Origin: a bacterium
GTDB taxonomy: Bacteria > Hinthialibacterota > Hinthialibacteria > Hinthialibacterales > Hinthialibacteraceae
Assembly: GCA_041946805.1 (NCBI GenBank)
Contig: JBHGBC010000185.1
Coordinates: 1-10,967, forward strand
Reading direction: 5' to 3'
Length of the DNA: 10,967 nucleotides
Position 1 is the stretch's first letter, and each line of letters begins with the position of its first letter. A program made the translations under genes and the position numbers. The notes beneath the pieces were generated by a model that did no database searches, was not told the origin of the DNA, and worked only from the letters and a program-made list of their open reading frames with translations. This document shows, in pieces, positions 6,362 through 10,967 of this stretch.

Positions 6362-9262
6362 TCACCGCGCGTAGAGAAGAGTATGCGGCGGGATTACGCG
6401 TCCCCGGGGATTGGCGCGCGTAATCCCCACGGTCATCGGTTCTGTTCTCAGGTTGGCATAGACATTGCCCGTCTGCAGCGGCTTCACGTAAACTCCATTG
6501 GGAGCGCCGTCGGGCGGCAAGGTGAAACGGTATCGGGGATCGACCACGGCGGGGTTGGCCGCGATGGCGGTGAGTATCTCCCGGAAGACGTAATCGTTGA
6601 TCTGGCCGCCGGGAGCCAGCAAGGTAAATCCGCGACCCACTTCCCGCAGCACGGATCCGCGCAGTTGCTCCCGGCCGATTTGGGGAACCGAAGGATTCAC
6701 CGGCCCCGCCACTTCTTCCCGGGCAACGGATTCCTTCACCGGGACCAGACCGATCCGGCTGACGGCCATGCTGACCCGGAAGGTTTGCGTCGCGCCTAAA
6801 ACCTCGCCCGTGCTCCACTCCTGGCCCCGGAGGGCGACTTCCACCTCCCGTTGCCGGGGCCGCCACTCTCCGCGTAGAACCTGGTTCCACTTGAAGGGGC
6901 CGCTGCCCTCGATTTCGGCAAACGGCCGCCGGTTGATCATCACCTGGGCGCGCTTGCCCCGGGGCAGGAAACCTTCGATCTCCAGACGGTATTCCTGGCC
7001 GGGCTGGGCGGACAACAGCACCCGGCCATGCTCGCCCAGCCACCGGAACGATGGGAAGGGCAAACCGTACCGCTTCGCGGCGGCTTCGTTCTGCGGCAGG
7101 CCCCATTGGCCCGCGAGAAAGGCGTCATCCCCGGGCGTGCCGAGATTCAGGACCTCCCGGCTGGAGGGCAACGCGTCCGCCGGATTGGCCAGCGGCGGCT
7201 GATCCCGCAGCAGTTCATAACGCAATCCACCCGCCGCCTGGACCACCCGCGCGGCGAAGAGGCGCTCGTTGAAGGCGGTTTCCCCGTTGAGGGTCATCCA
7301 GGGTTGGTCCGCGTGAACCGCCAGGAGCGCCCCGCCCCGGACGAGGTTCTCGAACGCCGCTATGGCTTCGTTCGTCCACAATGTTCCCCAGGGAACGAAA
7401 ATCAAAGGATATTCGGCGGCGGAAATGAACGGCAAATCCTCCTCGTCGATCACATCGAAACCGAAATACTCCCGGTACTCGCTGACCAGGCGGATGAACG
7501 CCTGGGGCGCGTCCGCCGCCAGAGACGTGCGCGGGAAGATGAGGGCCACCCGCGGCTGGGGACGCGCATACATCAGGTGTGCGGCTCCATCGGCGTACTG
7601 TTGCCAGGCGTTCTGGCCGGCCAGCATTTCCTCCGGGAAATAGAACAGGGTCCCGCCCTCGCTGGCGAGGGAATAGAGATAGCCCATCACCGCCTCGCCG
7701 CCGCCCCGTCCGGCGTACCGCAATCCGAACTTCACTCCCAGCCGGTTGGCGATGCCGGCCAACCATTGCCAGTACACCGAGGCGGTGGGCAGGGGCTCGC
7801 CGGTGGCCATGAGCAGGGAAGATTGGGTTTCGGACGCCACCATGGCCAACAGGCGGGCGTCGGTGGCCCCGTAGAGAAAATCGTCCCCGGTTTCGATGAG
7901 GATTTCCGTTTGGGGAAAGTGCGCCCGCGCCTGTTCCACGATCGATTTCGCCAGGGCGGCCAGACTGCTCCGGTACCAGGTCAGGGTATCGAGTTTCCGG
8001 GCGGCCGGCAGACCGGATGACAACACGGGATTCCCCTCATTCCATCCCGTGATGCTGCTCCGCCAGACGGTCCGCAATGCGGTCAGGCTGCCATACCGCG
8101 TCCGCAGATAATTTTGAAAATGGACCACTGCCAGGGGATCCCCCGCCCAGAAATCGGGCCATCCGGACTGCCCCGGATCTTCCATGGAAAGGTACAGCGG
8201 CCCCCAGTCGCCCGCGAACGAAAGAATCATCCGGGAGAATGGGGGGAGCCCGGAGGTTTGACGCATTTCCTGAAATACGCGCCCGTATAGTTGCGATAGT
8301 TTCGGATCCCACAACGAAATCATCGGTCCTTCCCGGGGTGTTTCCGTCCCCACCGCCCGCTGCAGGCCGGTCAACGCCTGAGACGGAAGCGCGTGGACAT
8401 CTCCGATCTTGAACCGGGGAATCCAGCCCAGGTTCCATTGCGCCAATTTTTTCGCGCGTTCGGCGTACAACGAAAAATCCAGCGATCCCCGGGCCGTTTC
8501 GAGCGGCGCGGCATTGATGGTCGTGACGGCGAACGGCGCTCCCCACGCATGGTACAACCGGGCTTTTTCTTCCAGAATCGACTCTTTCTCCCACATGGGA
8601 TTCGATTGGCCGTCATCCACCATCACGCCGAACGAATACGCGGGGGGCAGGATCACCCCGGGTTGGCGGAAAATGGGGCTGGTGGCCTGATCGGCGGATT
8701 GCGGCGGAAAGCGGGTCAAAGCCGCCGCTCGGATCAACACTTCGGGGCAAAAGATCCGGAAATCGGTTTCCGCCGGGAAGGAATGATTCAGCACCGCCCC
8801 GGCCAGGGTGAAGGTGTGTTGCAGCCAATAGCCGCTGTCTCCCAGAAAAAACCGGTCGCTCCGGACTCCCGGCTGGCCATCCTTGTCCAGCGCGTTGTAA
8901 TCCAACTGCACCGCCCCTTTTCCCTTGTCCAGGTAACTGATGGTCACGAAGAACGTCCCCGTGGCCAGGGCGATCTGATCGCTCGCGGCTTGGAAATACA
9001 AACACTTGTCCTTGGAATCCTCGCCGGGCGTGATCCCTTGAAAACCGAGGTGGGTCTTGACGGCGTACGTGCTCCCCTCGGGATTGATCATGGCCAGGCC
9101 GGCGGTCTGCTTTATGGGGCTGAACATGACATAGGCGGCGGGCGAGCCGTTTTTCAGCATGGGCAATGGCATCGATCGTGAAGGCGCGGCGGGATCCGCT
9201 TCCCCTCCAATGGAGGGAACCCCGAACGAGAAACAGAAAAGTATGACTCCAATTTTTATCAT
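6362..9262 (-). CDS. Large exported glycoside-hydrolase-like protein (GH42/GH14-like barrel, CBM-like N-terminal module, beta-galactosidase trimerisation-like domain)
   Basis: Signal peptide MIKIGVILFCFSFGVPSIGG; beta-sandwich module (LYFQ...VTISYLDKGKG.VQLDY...WLQHTFTL...TDFRI). Barrel motifs: LETARGSLDFSLY, SLWDP, FWAGDPLAVVHFQNYLRTRYGSLTAL..VW, WYR. Trimerisation-like region RVALIFP...FDVIDE...ENLVRGGALL. Start is ATG 9262 or GTG 9268. The CDS is solid; the family assignment is tentative. Confidence 0.7.
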   Translation of the reverse strand: MIKIGVILFCFSFGVPSIGGEADPAAPSRSMPLPMLKNGSPAAYVMFSPIKQTAGLAMINPEGSTYAVKTHLGFQGITPGEDSKDKCLYFQAASDQIALATGTFFVTISYLDKGKGAVQLDYNALDKDGQPGVRSDRFFLGDSGYWLQHTFTLAGAVLNHSFPAETDFRIFCPEVLIRAAALTRFPPQSADQATSPIFRQPGVILPPAYSFGVMVDDGQSNPMWEKESILEEKARLYHAWGAPFAVTTINAAPLETARGSLDFSLYAERAKKLAQWNLGWIPRFKIGDVHALPSQALTGLQRAVGTETPREGPMISLWDPKLSQLYGRVFQEMRQTSGLPPFSRMILSFAGDWGPLYLSMEDPGQSGWPDFWAGDPLAVVHFQNYLRTRYGSLTALRTVWRSSITGWNEGNPVLSSGLPAARKLDTLTWYRSSLAALAKSIVEQARAHFPQTEILIETGDDFLYGATDARLLAMVASETQSSLLMATGEPLPTASVYWQWLAGIANRLGVKFGLRYAGRGGGEAVMGYLYSLASEGGTLFYFPEEMLAGQNAWQQYADGAAHLMYARPQPRVALIFPRTSLAADAPQAFIRLVSEYREYFGFDVIDEEDLPFISAAEYPLIFVPWGTLWTNEAIAAFENLVRGGALLAVHADQPWMTLNGETAFNERLFAARVVQAAGGLRYELLRDQPPLANPADALPSSREVLNLGTPGDDAFLAGQWGLPQNEAAAKRYGLPFPSFRWLGEHGRVLLSAQPGQEYRLEIEGFLPRGKRAQVMINRRPFAEIEGSGPFKWNQVLRGEWRPRQREVEVALRGQEWSTGEVLGATQTFRVSMAVSRIGLVPVKESVAREEVAGPVNPSVPQIGREQLRGSVLREVGRGFTLLAPGGQINDYVFREILTAIAANPAVVDPRYRFTLPPDGAPNGVYVKPLQTGNVYANLRTEPMTVGITRANPRGRVIPPHTLLYAR

Positions 9263-9306
9263 GATCACTCACGCGCGATTCAGGATCGGTTGAATCTCTT
9301 CTATCC

Positions 9307-9335
9307 ATTATAACCAAACGCGGAACGCCTGTCGC
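9307..9335 (-). promoter_or_regulatory. Candidate sigma70 promoter for the GH-like/nrnA/cohesin operon
   Basis: Minus strand GCGACA (9335-9330), 17 bp spacer, perfect TATAAT (9312-9307), ~45 bp upstream of the start codon. Confidence 0.55.
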
Positions 9336-9422
9336 AGGAACACCGCCCCGCGGCTGAATCACAAAAGTGATTTTCCAGGTTTCGAATTACTTGGGACATC
9401 CAAGAAAAACTGTCTTTCAATG

Positions 9423-9710
9423 CCAACGGCGCGCAGGGAGATAGCCCAGGACAATCCCTTGGGGACCAGGCGCCCATGAAAGCCGGCTCTTTCTCTGGGC
9501 TGATCTTAACCAAAAAGTCTAATAAAGATGTCATCCCCGTGAAAGCGGGGGAGAGGAGTGGGTAGTGGCGGAGTGTGGATTCGCCTGGGATGTTGCTTGG
9601 GGTTTTACCCCTGGCGAAATAGAAAGCATCCACACGGGGCTTTGGAAGGCAAGGACGCCCGCCGCTCCAAGCCCCTCAACCCCGGCTCCTCTCCCATGGA
9701 GGAAGAGGGG
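9423..9710. repeat. Cluster of decayed REP-like palindromes of several different types
   Basis: CCAACGGCGC...ATAGCCCAGGACAATCCCTTGGG (9423-9463); GTCATCCCCGTGAAAGCGGGG (9530-9550); TTGGA..CCGCCGCTCCAA (9642-9670); CCCCTCAACCCCGGCTCCTCTCCC-atgga-GGAAGAGGGG (9672-9710), which is the same type as 28-59. Confidence 0.55.
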
Positions 9711-9797
9711 ATTATTGGTTTGGTAGAGAGTCCCGCCTTATTGATCATCCCTGCGATTCCTCCTTTGCGGTAAATTCCCATGGCGGTATCCTGCCCA

Positions 9798-9826
9798 TTG
9801 ATAACGCTTTCGCCTCCTTATCTAAT
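9798..9826 (+). promoter_or_regulatory. Candidate sigma70 promoter of the DUF423 gene
   Basis: TTGATA (9798-9803), 17 bp spacer, TCTAAT (9821-9826); AAAGGA SD at 9851-9856. Confidence 0.55.
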
Positions 9827-9868
9827 GAACCCGGCGGCGGACTCTTACGGAAAGGAAAAACGTCAGTC

Positions 9869-10264
9869 ATGAACCGCCCTTCCCTTTTTTTACTGTTCGC
9901 CTGCGTGGCGGGAGGATTGGGAGTGGTCCTGGGAGCGTTCGCGGCCCACGGCCTGAAAGACCGCCTGGAACCCCGGATGTTGGAAATCTTCGAAACCGGC
10001 GTCCGGTACCAGATGATCCACGCGCTGGCCCTTCTGGCTGTAAGTCTGGCGGGCTCCAACTTTTGGCCCAGTTCCTGGACTGCCAGCGCGTGCTGGGCGT
10101 GGACTGTGGGCATCCTGTTGTTTTCCGGCAGCTTGTATCTGCTGGCGGTGACGGGGATCCGGTGGCTGGGGGCCATCACCCCGCTGGGAGGCCTCGCTTT
10201 CATCGCCGGATGGATCTTGTTGGCCGTCGCGGCCATCTATTTGAAACCTGGAATCAATCCCTGA
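9869..10264 (+). CDS. DUF423 (YgdD/TMEM256-family) small membrane protein
   Basis: Signature LGAFAAHGL, FETGVRYQMIHALAL, GILLFSGSLY, LGAITPLGGLAFIAGW; four hydrophobic segments. Confidence 0.93.
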   Translation: MNRPSLFLLFACVAGGLGVVLGAFAAHGLKDRLEPRMLEIFETGVRYQMIHALALLAVSLAGSNFWPSSWTASACWAWTVGILLFSGSLYLLAVTGIRWLGAITPLGGLAFIAGWILLAVAAIYLKPGINP

Positions 10265-10322
10265 CGGGAAGCGCATTCCCGGGAGGAACCGGCCTACCTC
10301 CGGCTTCGCTGATACGAATCAC

Positions 10323-10350
10323 TTGAAAAAAGCCGGACGCGAAGTATGAT
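10323..10350 (+). promoter_or_regulatory. Candidate sigma70 promoter of rpmA
   Basis: TTGAAA (10323-10328), 16 bp spacer, TATGAT (10345-10350); A-rich leader and GGGAG SD at 10409-10413. Confidence 0.6.
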
Positions 10351-10421
10351 CGTTCAGGAATTGGAAGAAGTTTTCAGAAGAATAGTAAAAGAATTCTTCA
10401 TCATAGCCGGGAGCAAGTATC

Positions 10422-10682
10422 ATGGCGCATGTAAAAAGCGGCGGCGGAAAACAGAAAAACGGCCGCGACAGTCAATCCAAACGTCTGGGCGTGAAACGGT
10501 TCGGCGGCCAATTCGTCAACGCGGGATCCATCCTCGTCCGTCAGCGGGGGACGCGCATCCATCCGGGAACCAACGTCGGCCGCGGCGGGGACGACACGTT
10601 GTTCGCCCTGGCCAGCGGTATCGTGAAATTCGAAACCAAGCGGAACCGCCGTCTGGTTTCCATCGTTCCCCAGGCCGGGTAA
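10422..10682 (+). CDS. rpmA: 50S ribosomal protein L27 (bL27)
   Basis: MAH.K.GG...[58 protein letters not shown]; 86 aa. Confidence 0.98.
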   Translation: MAHVKSGGGKQKNGRDSQSKRLGVKRFGGQFVNAGSILVRQRGTRIHPGTNVGRGGDDTLFALASGIVKFETKRNRRLVSIVPQAG

Positions 10683-10746
10683 GCGGGTAAGACGGATCCG
10701 GACGTTTCTCCGTCCGGTGATTGGAAACAGGTCGTGGTCCAGCTGT

Positions 10747-10774
10747 AAGAAAGCCCCGGGATGGGGCTTTTCTT
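10747..10774 (+). terminator. Intrinsic terminator after rpmA
   Basis: AAAGCCCC-gggat-GGGGCTTT followed by TCTT; an additional hairpin CCGGACG-tttctc-CGTCCGG lies at 10698-10717. Confidence 0.8.
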
Positions 10775-10949
10775 GTGGCTCATCCGGTAAGTGCGTACTT
10801 TTTCTCCGTAGTTGGCTATGCCATCCCATCAAACCGTCTGGAGAGAACAACCCCCAAGTCTCTCTCTGGTTGAGTGGATTGGATTATGATGAAAGCCATT
10901 TCGTCCCCCTGTGCCTCTCTGGAATTGGTTGATGTCTTGCCCTTACGGA

Positions 10950-10965
10950 GTCCCCTTCAGGGGAC
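10950..10965. repeat. Short REP-like palindrome
   Basis: GTCCCC-ttca-GGGGAC at the window edge; context is truncated. Confidence 0.35.
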
Positions 10966-10967
10966 GA

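Noticed and set aside
6309..7106. Apparent 266-aa N-terminal extension of the DHH protein (ORF 5301..7106)
   Set aside because: It overlaps the GH-like gene in another frame and has low-complexity R/P/G-rich composition; a TTG with a GGAG SD at 6308 gives a normal-length NrnA.
3661..9181. Long plus-strand ORFs (3661-4941, 5328-6374, 7028-8020, 8393-9181)
   Set aside because: These are antisense shadows of real minus-strand genes, expected in high-GC DNA; no recognisable motifs.
9301..9773. Small ORFs 9301-9633 (-) and 9558-9773 (+)
   Set aside because: They cross REP-like palindromes and promoter elements, with no convincing SD or protein-like features.
10346..10421. Prp-cleaved N-terminal extension of L27
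   Set aside because: The SD and ATG lead directly into AH; no Firmicutes-type extension or prp gene is present.
10813..10898. Possible structured ncRNA downstream of the rpmA terminator
   Set aside because: Only short, interrupted complementary segments (GAGAGA/TCTCTC, AACC/GGTT, TGGCT/AGCCA); no recognisable family, and it cannot be supported without covariation data.

Overview
GC-rich bacterial chromosomal window with eight credible genes. A Tat-exported Gfo/Idh/MocA oxidoreductase (+) converges on a minus-strand run: a ~966-aa exported GH42/GH14-like protein, a DHH/DHHA1 (NrnA-type) phosphoesterase, an exported beta-propeller + 2x cohesin-like protein, a TetR-Rnk fusion, and a stand-alone rnk. 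A REP-rich divergent intergenic region follows, then a DUF423 membrane protein and a solitary rpmA (L27) on +. The standout is the TetR-Rnk/rnk module: a DNA-binding TetR regulator fused in frame to a complete Rnk (Gre-family, RNA-polymerase-binding) domain. It is preceded by a near-consensus sigma70 promoter overlaid by two tandem TGA(A/G)T-N4-ATTCA palindromes, and followed by a terminator/attenuator-like spacer and a second, divergent (~40% identical by hand alignment) free Rnk. All family calls come from motif recognition by eye; no database searches were run.
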